From positions 66,091 through 130,090 of the forward strand of contig QPMI01000451.1 of assembly GCA_004431415.1 (NCBI GenBank): a stretch of 64,000 bases of DNA, in the 5' to 3' direction. The stretch's first letter is position 1, and each line of letters begins with the position of its first letter. A model generated the notes under the pieces. It saw only the letters and a program-made list of their open reading frames with translations. It had not been told where the DNA came from and searched no databases. This DNA is from Cyanophora paradoxa CCMP329. Lineage: Eukaryota > Plantae > Glaucophyta. This document shows, one piece after another, positions 45,324-56,900 of this stretch. The position numbers and the translations under genes were made by a program.

Positions 45324-48300
45324 ATGCCGCTGTGGTGCGCAGCTTCGCTAAGCTTTATCCGGCCGCTTGCTTCAAGGCTTGGGCCGCGCCCCTTGCATCC
45401 GGCCGCACCGGCCGGCGGCAGTTACGCGCTGCAGATAACGCTTGCGCAGCTCGGGGAGCTGCGTGCAGAAGCGCAAGGCCGCCGGAGACATCGCAGCCGC
45501 CATACCGGAAGGTACGCATCCGCATCTGGTGTCCGGCGGTCAAACCGCCGTGCGCCTGCGCCGCGGCGGCGGGCCCCACGCGGTGGCCGGCACCGTTGTA
45601 GCGACAAGCAGTTCGTTGCCAGGCCCTTAGCGCGGCCTCAGCAGCGGCAGCAACCTCCGTCGCGGGACTCAATTCGAACGTTGGACAGACGGAGCCTCGG
45701 AGGCGCGCTGGGCCTTGACGGCCTCCCGCAGAGCTGCACACCGCGGCAGCGCTTCCTAGCATGGAAAGCACGATAAGTAGTGCATAACGCCCGCTGGGCT
45801 GGGGGCCGCGTCCGCTAGGCGGCTGGGAGCCCAGTGGGAGGCCGTCCCTCGGGGCAGACTCGCCGCGGCGCGCGCTGACGGGCCGGCGCGTAGAGGAGCT
45901 GGTGGTGGAAGAGTACGTGAAAGGGGTCAGCAAGAGCGCGTGCACGTATGAGGAGTTCAGCTGGGGCCACGGGTGCCGGACGGTGCACGTGTGCGGGAGC
46001 TTCACGACGAACGCGTGGAAGGAGCGCGTGCAGTTGTTGCGCGACGAGAGCTCCCCGGGCACCCTTTTCCGCCGCACCATCCTCCTGCCCCCCGGGTGCG
46101 CACCCCCGCCCCGCCTCCGCCCCCGGCGCGCGGCGGCGCCGAGCCCGGGCGCGAGGCAGCGAACACCAGTTCAAATTCGTTGTCCTCAACGCGAACGGGC
46201 GCGAGGTCCGTGCGGGGGCGCCCTGGGGGGTCGCCGCCCGCCCAGCGTGGCCCTCACCGCCCCCGCCAGGAGTGGCTCCTCGACGACAAGCTCCCCAAGG
46301 CGCGCCCGGCGCAGCGAGCCCCGCCGGCGCCGGGGCGAGCCGCTGAGGCGGCGCAGGTGAACGACGGGCGCGGCAACTGGAACAACCTCGTCTCGGTCCC
46401 GGAGAAGGGGCTCTGGGACCGCCTCACCGCCTTCCTCTTCCCCCCGACGCCCCCGGCCCCGCCCCGGCCCCGCGACCTCCCCTCCCTGCCGGCCCCCGGC
46501 GCCGGCCTGCCCCCGGCGCGCCCCAGCCCGCCCCCGCCCGAGCAGGAGGCCCCGCTACCCGGTGCGCGCCGCCACGCATCGCGTGGCGGCGCGGGGCGTG
46601 ACGGGGCGCAGGGGCGCTGGGGGCGGCGCGGGGCAAGCGGGACGGGCGGGTGCGGTTCCGGCGGAGCCCGGGGAAGGCGTCGCCGCTGGGGGCGCGGGTG
46701 CGGCGGACGGGGGAGGGGGCGGTGTCGGCGAACTTCGCGGTGCACACGGACGGGCGGGTGACGGCCCTCTCCGTGCTCCTCTGGGTCGAGCAGGAGCCCG
46801 ACGTCAGCGACGACCCCCTCTACGACGGCTCCCCCTTCCTCCTCCTCCCCCTCGACTCCCCCCTCGCCCCCGCGTCGCCCCGCAACGCCCCCGGCTGGCT
46901 CTCCCACTCCGTCGCCTCCCTGCTCGCCGGCCTCGCCGGGGGCGACCCCAGCGTGCCCGACCACGTGCTCGAGCTCGACCGGCGGGCGAACCGCACGGCG
47001 GAGCAGGGCGGGGAGGGCTTCGTGTGGCACGTCGAGGTCGCCGACCTCCCGCTCAGCGACGGCGAGTGCCTCCTCTACGCCCTCCTCCCCTCCACCAGCC
47101 CCGTCCCCGTCATCGACCCCTACGCCCGCCTCCTCGACACCCCGAGGCCCGCCCCGCCCCGCCCCGCCCCCCCCCCGCCCCGCGCCGTGGGGCGGGGGCG
47201 GGGGCTGAGGGCGGGGGCAGCTTCACGGGGTGGGGCCGGGGCCTGGGCGAGCTGGTGCGGTGCGTGCCGGAGCCCGTGGAGGCGCACTTCGACTGGCAGG
47301 GGGTCGCGCCCCCCAACATCCCCTTCTCCGACCTCGTCATCTACGAGGCGCCCCCGCCCCCGCCCCGGGGGGCCCCCGCCGGCTGACGCCCCGCAGATGC
47401 ACGTCGCGGGGTTCACGGCGCACCCGAGCAGCGGCACGCGGGCGCCGCGGGGCACCTTCCGCGCAATGATCGAGCGGATCCCGCACTTGGTCGAGGTGCG
47501 CCGGCAGCGGCGTTTGGTCGGAAGGGCGGCGCGGGGGGCGGGGCCGAGTGCGGGGGCAGCTGGGGGTGAACTGCGTGGAGCTGATGCCGGTCTTCGAGTG
47601 GGACGAGCGGGAGCACGTCAAGCGGCACCCCGCCACGCAGCGCCCCCTCCACAACTACTGGTCCCCGCGCCCCCGCGCGCCCCGCCCGCCCCCGGGGCGC
47701 CGAGGCGGGGGCGCAGGGGCTACTCGCACGTGTCGTTCATGGCGGGGATGGGGCGGTTCGCGGGGCGGCGGCTGGCGGCGCTGCGGGAGGCGAAGACGCT
47801 GGTGCGGGAGCTGCACCGCGCCGGCATCGAGGTCATCCTCGACGTCGTGCGCCCCGCCCCGCCCCGACCCGCCCCGCCCCGCCCCTCCCTTCGCTCGAGC
47901 GGGGGCGGGGCCGGCAGGTCTACAACCACACCGGCGGCACCGCCTTCGAGGCCCTCGCCCGCGACGTCCGGCCCCGCCCCCGCCCCCGTCCTCCCCCAGC
48001 CGCCGCCCCCGGCGCTCACCACGCCGGCGCGCAGCACTACTACATTCTCTCGGGCGCGCAGCATCACCACACGAACTACACGGGGTGCGGGAACACGGTC
48101 AACGCGAGCCACCCAGCGACCCTCGAGCTCATCCTCGAGAGCCTCCGGTGCGCCCGGCGCCGCGGGGCGCCCCGCCCGCGGCCGCGGCGGCCCGTGACGG
48201 CGCGCGGCAGCTTCTGGGCGGAGGAGGTCCAGGTCGACGGCTTCCGGTGCCCCCTGGCGCCCCCGCGCAGCGCCCCGCGGCCCCTGACGGGCGCAGGTTC

Positions 48301-49904
48301 GACCTCGCCCCCGTGCTCGCCCGCGGGGCCGACGGGAAGCACCAGCACCAGCCCGTGGTCGGCCCGCCCCCCGCCCGCCCGCGCAGCGCCCCGCGGGGGC
48401 TCACGGGCCCGGGGGTCGCCTGCGGCAGTTCTGGCGGCGGGTGCACGAGATGTTCACGCAGCGGCCGCAGCTGCGCGGCAAGAAGCTGATCGTGGAGACG
48501 TGGGAGCTGGACTCGAGCCGCATGGGCTGCTTCTGGTTCGGGGGCGCCATCCACGAGTGGAACGGGCGCTTCAAGGAGAGCGTGCGGGCCTTCGTGCGGG
48601 GCGCCGCCTCCAACGAGGACTTCGCCACGCGCCTCGCCGGCTCCGCCGACTACTACCAGGGCAAGCACAAGGGCGTCCCCGCCGAGGCCCGCGACGCCCC
48701 CGAGTTCTCCATCAACTTCGTGGTCGGATCCATCCCCGCCGCCTCCCTCTCGAGGGCGGCACGTGACGGCGGCCGCCGGGCGCAGACGTGCCACGACGGC
48801 TTCACCATGCGCGACCTGGTCTCGTACGCGGTGAAGCACAACGAGGGGAACGGGGAGGCGAACCGCGACGGGGCGAACGACAACCAGAGCTGGAACTGCG
48901 GGGTGGAGGGACCGAGCAAGGACCCCGCGGTGGGGGCGCTGCGGGGGCGCCAGATGAAGAACTTTGCGGTGGCGCTCCTCGTCGCCCGCGGCGTCCCCAT
49001 GCTCCTCTCCGGCGACGAGTCCGCCCGCCCCCCGCCCCCGCCGGGCCCGCAGCGCTCGGCGCGAGGCGGGGCGGGGCAGGTACGGGCACAGCAAGGGGGG
49101 GAACAACAACACGTGGAACCAGGACAACGAGCTGAACTGGTTCGACTGGGGCGCCCTCGCCGAGCAGCGCGGCTCCGAGTGCGACCTCTTCCGCTTCTGG
49201 TCCCGCATGATCGCCCTCCGCCGCGTGCCCCCGCCCCGCCCCGCCCGGCCCCCGCCATGCCCCCGCCCCCGCCGAGGCCGGTGCGCTGGCCGCAGGGGCA
49301 CCCGGCGCTGAGGAGGAACGCGTTCTTCGGGGGCCCCGGGTTCGCGTGGCACGCGGCGGACGGCTCGCACTCGCCCTTCGGCGGGGAGAGCCGCTTCCTG
49401 GCCTTCTCGCTGCACGAGCCCGAGACGCGCGCCGCCCTCTACGTCGCCTTCAACTCCTCCGCCGCCCCCGCCCCCGCCGCCCCCCCCCCCCGCCTCTCCA
49501 CCGCCGCCGGGCAGCCGGCGGCGCTGGGCCCCTGGCGGCGCCTCGCTGACACGGCCCTCCGCTCCCCCGACGACTTCGCCGGTGCGAGCGCGCCCCGCCC
49601 CCGCCCCGCCCCCGTCCCCGGCCGCCCACGCGCCGCGCAGCCGACGAGGCGCACGCGCCGCCGCTCCCCGCGGGGCCCTACGCCATGGCGCCCCACAGCG
49701 CCATAATCCTAGTCGCCTTCGTGCGCCCCGCCCCTCCGCCCCGCCCGCCCCGCTCACGGCGCGCAGGAGGAGGGGGCGGCCCCGGGGGCGGCGGGGGGGG
49801 CAGCGCTGCCGCACGCGCACTCGGCGAAGGAGGCCGCCTCGCCGCGCCTCAACGGCGGTGAGCCGCACAGGAGCCCCCCGCCTCGCCAGTTCAGCGCTTT
49901 CTGA
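45324..49904 (+). CDS. Isoamylase / GlgX-type GH13 debranching enzyme with an additional N-terminal AMPK-beta-type CBM48 (start uncertain)
   Basis: VIYE-MHV, VELMPVFE, NYWGYS, DVVYNHT, NYTGCGNTVN, VDGFRFDLA, INFVTCHDGFTMRDLVSY, NQSWNCGVEG, GVPMLLSGDEYGHSKGGNNN; CBM48 FSWGHG..VHVCGSF...HQFKFVV...WLLD...DGRGNWNN. Confidence 0.93.
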
Positions 49905-50254
49905 GCGGCCCCGCCCCACGGAGATCGCACGCGCCGCAGTGCCGTTCCCGTGTAGCTCGCAAGCGCAAGCGGCGCATTGCAGTCTCTGCTTATGTCAGCC
50001 AGGGTGCTCAGCGGCGCCAGCAGCAATCGCACGATGTGATGAAGCACGAACACGGCAAACAGTGACAAAAACTAAGAGCGTCGATTAGGTTCATACCTCC
50101 ATAAGCTGGTCGAGGAGAAGCAAGTAAAGGGGCCTATAGCTACCTACTAGACTACTGGCACTAATTTGCCCGTTCGATGGCCGAACTGCGGGTGCACTGG
50201 CCGGGAGCATAAGAGGGCGCCCCGTGTGAGGGGCCGCGGGTGCGGGGCTCGGGG

Positions 50255-51687
50255 TCAGGGTCGGGCGAGGGCGAAGGGGAGGAGGAGGGCGAGGGCGGCG
50301 GCGGCGAGGGCGGCGAGGGGCGCTGCGCGCGGGGCGAAGGCGGCGCTGGGCGTATTGAAGCACGACTCGATGCGGAAGGAGAGGGCCGAGAAGATGGGGA
50401 GCCCGAAGGTCCCCACGGCGTCTGCCGCCCCGTCACCACCGCCCCGCGCCGCGCGGGCGGGGCCAGCGGGGCGGCGCACGCTGGAACTTGGCGAACTCGG
50501 AGGAGCGGATGCAGGTTCCCGGCTGCGCGTAGTCGAACGGCACCGCGGGGCCCGTGCAGTTCGGCGACGTCGGGAAGAGCTCCGCTGCCGCCCCGCCCCG
50601 CCCCGTCGCGCCCCGCCGCCGCCGCGCCCGCGGGGCGGGGCGGGGGCGGACCCTTGATGCGCTGCGTGGCGGCCATGTCGCAGCTGACGCGCAGCGAGCG
50701 GACGGCGCCGCCGGCCGTGAGGGTCGTGCAGCTGCCGGCCATCAGCGCGGGCGCCTCGCGGGGGCGCCGGCGGGGGCCGGACCTCTTGGAGAAGGCGCTG
50801 TAGGGGGTCGGCTGGCCCGAGCACTGTGCCGCCCCGGGGTGAGCGGCGGGGCGCGGCGCGCGCGGGGGCGGCGGTGCGGCCCACCGAGCTGTCGTTCTTG
50901 GTGTAGAGCGTCACCTCATACTCCAGCGTCTGCCCCCGCCGCCCGTCAGCGGGGCGCCGGGGGCGGGGGGGGCGGGGGGGGGCGCCTGGGTGCCGGGCGG
51001 GTAGCAGGTGGCGGCCTTGCCGCGGCCCGGGTTCCAGCACGTCGGCGTCGGCGTCGGCGTCCCGCCGCCGCCCCGGCGTCGCCCCCAGCGGCGCCCCCGG
51101 CGGCGCCCCCGGCGGCCGGCAGGGGTGTCGGCTTGGGGCAGCCGGCGGTGTCGATCTTGATGAACCACTGGCCGAACTTGATGCAGTTAAGCATCGGTGG
51201 CAAAGCGAGGCTGCGGGGCGGCTCAGGGCGAAGCGGGGCGGCGGGGCGGGGTGGGCGGACGACAGGGAGGAGATGCCGCTGAGTGAGGTGGGGATGGTGC
51301 ACGTGTCGTCCGTGTGCGGCTTGAGCACGATTTCCTTCGTGTCGCTCAGGCACTGCGCCGTCCCCACCACCTGCGGGCTCACCCGGAAGCACCTGCGCCG
51401 CCCCGCTGAGCTTCCCCGGGCCTGCTGCAGTCACCCCCGCGCACAGGCGCACCCGCCGTCAGGACCGGTGACGACGATGGGCTCGCTGAGGTTCCCGACG
51501 GGCGTGGTGCACTCGTTCGTCGTGTACTGGCCCGTGATCGTAAAGGTCAGGTTCTGCGCCTGCGCGCCGCCGGCTGCGATGGCCAGCAACGCCACGGCCA
51601 GCCCTGCGGTGCGCGACGAAGATAAGCGAGCGTATGTGCATGAGATGAGCTGTTCGTCTTGGGACGCTTGCCTATCCTTAGGAGCAT
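50255..51687 (-). CDS. Secreted Cys-rich, probably GPI-anchored protein of unknown family
   Basis: Spliced signal peptide MLLRIGLAVALLAIAAGGAQA, spaced Cys, a TPTP linker and a hydrophobic C-terminal tail [21 protein letters not shown]. Confidence 0.6.
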
Positions 51688-52037
51688 TTTTGGGACCGCC
51701 TCCTGCGGAGCCCCGAGGCGCCGCCCAAACTGCTCCGCCGCCTGCGAAGCGTTTGTGATATACTTCACATCCTACGGTCTGGCGCTCCGCCTAGGCACCA
51801 GCGGCTCACCATAGAGATGATCAGGGGATTGGGTCTGAACCGGCCAGCGGGAGGCGAGTGTCAATTGTTCAATTTTCCGTTCCCGCTTTGTTTGCCGATG
51901 ATAGCCTGCCACCGGTACCGCAGTCGTTGCCGCGAACCGCTCCCCCAATCGAGCCCGATAAGTGTCCCCCCCCCCCCCCCCCCCCCCAACTCCCTCAGCG
52001 CGGCCTGGTTCGGCCTTAGCCTGGAGGCCGCAAAGCG

Positions 52038-53432
52038 ATGGCGCCGAAGCAAACAGGCAGCTCCAAAGATGAGGGAAAGGGCCCGCGCTGGCTCTCCAGC
52101 AATCCGAGCAAGCGTTTTGGCGAGCTCTTCGTCCTGGCGTACACGCCACTCTGGATTGGCGCGGTCGCCGTGCTTGTCGCGTCGCGCCAATACGAGGCGC
52201 GCGCAGCACCCAGCTTGCCGCGGGCGGGCCCCGTTTCGGTCTGGCGCGGTCTGACGCGCGCCGCAGAACTTCAAGGAGTTCGAGTACTTCGTCTTCGGTT
52301 TCGCGCTGATGGTTCCGTGCTTCATCGGGCCGGTCATTTTTGCAAATCAGGCCGAGCGCTCCATCCCGCTCCTCAAGCGCTACTCCACCAAGGTCATCGG
52401 CGCCCAGTTCACGGCGCAGCGCTTCCGCTGACCCCGCGTGCAGTCGAATGTGTGGATCTTCATCATGAGCTGGATCGGTGCGGCCCGCTGCGTGCGCGCG
52501 GCGCGCGCGCGGGTGACCGACCCGCAGGAAACTACTTCTGGACGCACTACTTCTACAACCTGCTCGGCGCCAAGTACACGTTCCCCTCGTACCGCATCAA
52601 CGACGTCCGCCCGCCCGCCGGCCGGCCGCCCGCGCGCCGCGAGCCGCGGGGCGACGCGAGCGGGCCGGGGACAGGTGCCGCTGGTGTGCATCTGGCTCAC
52701 ACACGCGTACTTCCAAACGTACCACGTCTTCACGAACATGGCCCTACGGCGCGGCGGCCCCGCCGCTGCGAGGCGAGCGGGCGGGGCTGACGGGGCGCAG
52801 GCGGTGGTACACGTCGGGGGCGTACCGGGCGGTGCCGGGGCTGGTGGCGACGGCGGGGACGTGGGTGCTGGTGGGGGCGATGGCGTACTTCACGGCCTTC
52901 ATGGAGACGTGGACCATCTCCGAGTTCCCCTACTACTCCTTCGTCAACCGCGACCTCATGTACAAGGCCCGCCCCGCCCCCCGCCCCCCGCCCCTGCCCC
53001 GCCCCGCGGCGCCGGCGCGAGGCGCCTCTCGCAGGTCGGTTCGGCCTTCTACGCCATCTACTTCATCGTCTCCTTCCCCATGTTCATCCGGTGCGCCCCC
53101 GGCCCCCTCCCCGACCCTGTTCGCCGGCCTCCGCGAGCGGGGCGCAGGCTCGACGAGCGGCCGGGCGAGTGCTGGACTATCTCGCAGACGGCGATCGACT
53201 CCTTCGCCTGGTGCGCGGCGCGTGGGCGGCAGGCGGGGGCGGTGTGGGGAGGCGGGGGCGGGGCCGACGGGGCCGGCCGCAGCTGCATGATCGTGACCTG
53301 CATCCTCGACGCCTGGCGCCTCGTCGTCGGCGGCATCGTCCCCTCCGTGCCGCCCCCGCACCCCGCTCCGGCCCCCGAGCCCTTCTCACCCCCCCGCAGG
53401 CTAGGATCAAGCACTGCCTTCCCTTCGTCTAG
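52038..53432 (+). CDS. CPI1: Cycloeucalenol cycloisomerase (cyclopropylsterol isomerase), 10 exons
   Basis: WLSSNPSKRFGELFVLAYTP, NVWIFIMSWIGNYFWTHYFY, AYFTAFMETWTI, GSAFYAIYFIVSFPMF, MIVTCILDAWRL. Confidence 0.95.
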
Positions 53433-53909
53433 CACTGCAGCCCTCGCGCGCGCTCGCGTCGATGTCGATCGATATCGATATCGCGACGTCCGCGCGCCAG
53501 CCAATCGAAAGGCTCGAGTAGGAAACCTTGAGCTCGCTTCCGCTTCGATCACCGTGGCACTTGAACAGCCAGGCATGCGCGCGAAGCAACTGGCAATGCT
53601 AAGCTAGATCATGAGCTGCATGGGTCAATCCCCCGCCCGGGCACATGCAACGAATCGCTCAAAGAATTTGGGTCATGTGCGATGCTTGCAATTGCATCTG
53701 CATGTGATCGCTCAGAATTTGATTTGCCTCTACCCGTTCCGTACTTCTCCCCCGACACGAAAGTTTGCCGCAGCGTGGTCCTCCCACACCTCTGTGATTG
53801 TTTCAGCGTTCAGCGTACCACTTTTGCCGCTTTGCGGGCTAGCTCGCTTGTTCCCGGAATAGTACCGGGATGGGTCGGCCGTGATTCGGGCTGCAAGCTG
53901 CCGCACAGC

Positions 53910-56900
53910 ATGAGACCAGCTCAAAAAATTGTGCTGGTTGCGCTGGCGCTGCTCGCCTTGCGCGCGGCGGCCTACCCGGTGCCGATTGTGACCTTCGGGT
54001 CCACCGGCAACGCGCTGTACGAGGGCGAACGTGCGTGAAGCTTAGCTGCCGCCCAGCGCGAGCATATCCACTCCCTGAGCCCCGCTGCGCGCAGCTGTGA
54101 CCATCGACGCCTCGCGCTCGTTCGACGACGCCGGCGGATCGCTGCTCTTCACGTACGACTTCGGCGATGGGACGAGGAAAGGGCCGACGAGCGAGAGCAC
54201 GTGCGCTGGCCGCTCGCTCCCCGCCGCCCGTGCCGAGCCTGGGCGACGGGGCCGGCAGCGCGGTGCACACGTACAAGCGGGCCGGGGCGTACGAGCTGCA
54301 GGTGGCTGTGAGCGACCGGGCGGGGGGCGGGCTGCTTTCGGGGGACGGGCGGCCGGCGCCTGTGGCGCGCCTCGCGGTGGTGGTCGACCCGCACGTCGAC
54401 GGCGGTGCGCGGGGCCGCCGGGCGGGGGGCGCCGCCGGAGCCGACGCGCCGCAGGCTGCTACGATTTCTACCTGACGGCCGACCTCGCCGCCGAGCCCCA
54501 GCGCGGCGCCCCCGTCCTCCTCCCCGCCGCCCGCACCTCCACCCTCTACCTCCAGGCCCGCCCGGCGCCCCGCCGCTCCCGCCGCGCCCCTCCCGCTTGA
54601 CTCGGCGCAGGTGGTGGACTGGCGGGAGCCCGGGCGGGCGGCGCGGGAGCGGCTGACGCGGCTCTTCGACCTCGGGGGCGAGCGGCCGAGCGTCGCCCTC
54701 TCCAACCACTCCCTCGCCGTCGTCGCCCAGCCGGGCCTCAACGTCGTCCGCCCGCCCCCCGCACCCGTCCCCGCCGGGGCGCGTGCCGACGCGGGGCAGG
54801 AGGAGGGTGCGGGGGCGTGGGTGGTGGAGGTGGCGGCGGGGCCGGTGGTGGAGGACGTGGTGGCGAGCGTCGCCCCGCGCGGCGTCTCGCTCCTCGGCTG
54901 CCGCGTCCAGGCCACCCGCATCGTCCTCGCCGTCGACCGCCTCCCCCGCCCCTTCGAGACCGCCCTCGGCCCCGCCGTACGCCCCCCGGCCCGCCCCGGC
55001 CCCCGCCCGCCCCTCACCCCCCGCAGGAGTGGCGCTCCCTCGCGGAGGAGGCGCGCGCGGCGGCCGCGGGGGCGCGGGCGGCGGGCGGGCGCCGGAGGGG
55101 GCGCTGCGGGTGGAGCAGGACGCGTGCTCGCCGTCGGCGGCGGTGGCTCTGCTGCCGCTGGGCGCGGGCGCGGGGGCCGCGGCGGCGCTGGTGACGGCGG
55201 ACGGCTTCGGGCGGCGCTCGCGGCTGGTGCGGCTGCGGCCCGGCGAGGCCGTCCACGAGGCGCGCCTCCTCGCCGGCCGCCTCCTCCTCCTCGCCGCCTC
55301 CGGCCTCTACGCCTCCCAGGAGCCCGCCGCCGCCCCCGCCGACGCCCCCGTCGCCCTCACCGCGCTCGAGGGCCCCTGGGGCGGGGCGGCGCCAGCGAGC
55401 TTCGGGCCGGAGCGGGCGCGGGTGTTCGGGGCGACGGCGTGCCGGAGCCCCGTGCTAGAGGATCAGACAAGCTTCCTCTTTGCGGCGTGGACGCCCCCCG
55501 GGGCGCCGGCGGGCGCGCTGACGGCGCTGGCGTACGCGCCGGTGCTGCCGGCCGCGGGGAGCCCCGCGTGGAGCACGGTCTCCTTCCCCGCCTCCGTCGC
55601 CGCCCGCTTCCCCGCCGGCTACCGGTGCCCGCCCCGCCCCGGCCCCGCGCCGCCCGCGCAGGGGCGACGGGGCGCAGGGTGTGGGGCGCGGTGCGGCTGC
55701 GGGACCGGCGGGCGAACCTCTACCTCGTCGCCGACCAGGCCGGCCTGTCCGCCCTCGCCGTCACCCACACCCCTCCTCCCCGTCCGCCCCGCCCCCGCCC
55801 CCGCCCCCGCGCCCCCCGCGGGGAGCCCGACGGGGGGCTGGGCGCGCAGCGGACGACGGAGCGGTTCAGCGTGTTCGCGTTCCCCGCGGGGCGGGCGGTG
55901 ACGCACCTCGCGCTCCACGCCGCCGGCTTCGTCGCCCTCGCCGCCGGCCCCGGCGGCCTCTGGCAGTCCTCCTCCGCCGCCGCCTTCCGCCCCGCCGGGC
56001 CCGTCGGCGCCCCCGTGCGCGCCCTCGTGTCGACCCCGGCGGCGCTGGGGTACGCGCTGCTGCTCGAGGGCGGGGCGGTGCTCTACGGGCGGGCGGGGTG
56101 TCCAGCGTGGCCCTGCTCCAGCGCGGCTTCGCGGAGAAGCTCGGGCGCCCCGGGGCGCGGCGGCTGCCCCGGGGGCCCTCGCCTTCGACGCCCTCGGCAC
56201 CCTCCGCCTCCTCGAGCTCGACCTCGACGGTCCCCGCCCGCCCCGCCCGCACCCGCCCCGCACCCCGCCCCGCCCCGCCCCGACCCGCCCCGCGCAGCCT
56301 CCGAGCCCTGGGGGGCGGTGCGGAGCTGGCCCCTGCCGGTGGAGTCGCTGCTGCACACGCCGAGCGTCGCGGGGCGCGTCGCCCTCACCCCTCCTTCCTC
56401 TCCGGCTCCGTCCAGGCCGCCCGCCCCCGCCCCCCGCCCCGCCCGCGCGCCCCGGCGGCCTGACGCGGCGGCAGCTCTTCCCCGAGGGGGCCCTCTCCTC
56501 GCGCTACGCCGCTGCGGGGGCGGGGGCGGGGCGGGGGCCGCGACGGCTGCCTTCGGGGAGTCGGAGGCGGGGGCGCGGCTGGTGGGCGCGGGGGGCGCCT
56601 CGCTGCTGCTCACCGCCGTGGAGGCGGCCACGGGGGTCGCCACGGGGAGCGTCCAGGGGAGCCTCCCCTCGTGCCGCCCCGCCGAGTGCCCCGCCCTCCT
56701 CTCCCCGCTCCTCCCCGCGGCGACCTCGCCCGCCCCGGCGCCCTCGTCGCCCTCGCCCTCGCCAGCCCCGCCCCGGGCTGGCTCCCCTCCGACGTCGGTC
56801 CGCCCGCCCCGCCCGCCCCGCCGCGGCGGCTGAGGCGGGGCCCGGGGCAGGGCGGAGCGTGCTGGCGTGGGGGGCGGCGCTGCGGGTGACGGCCTTCGTG

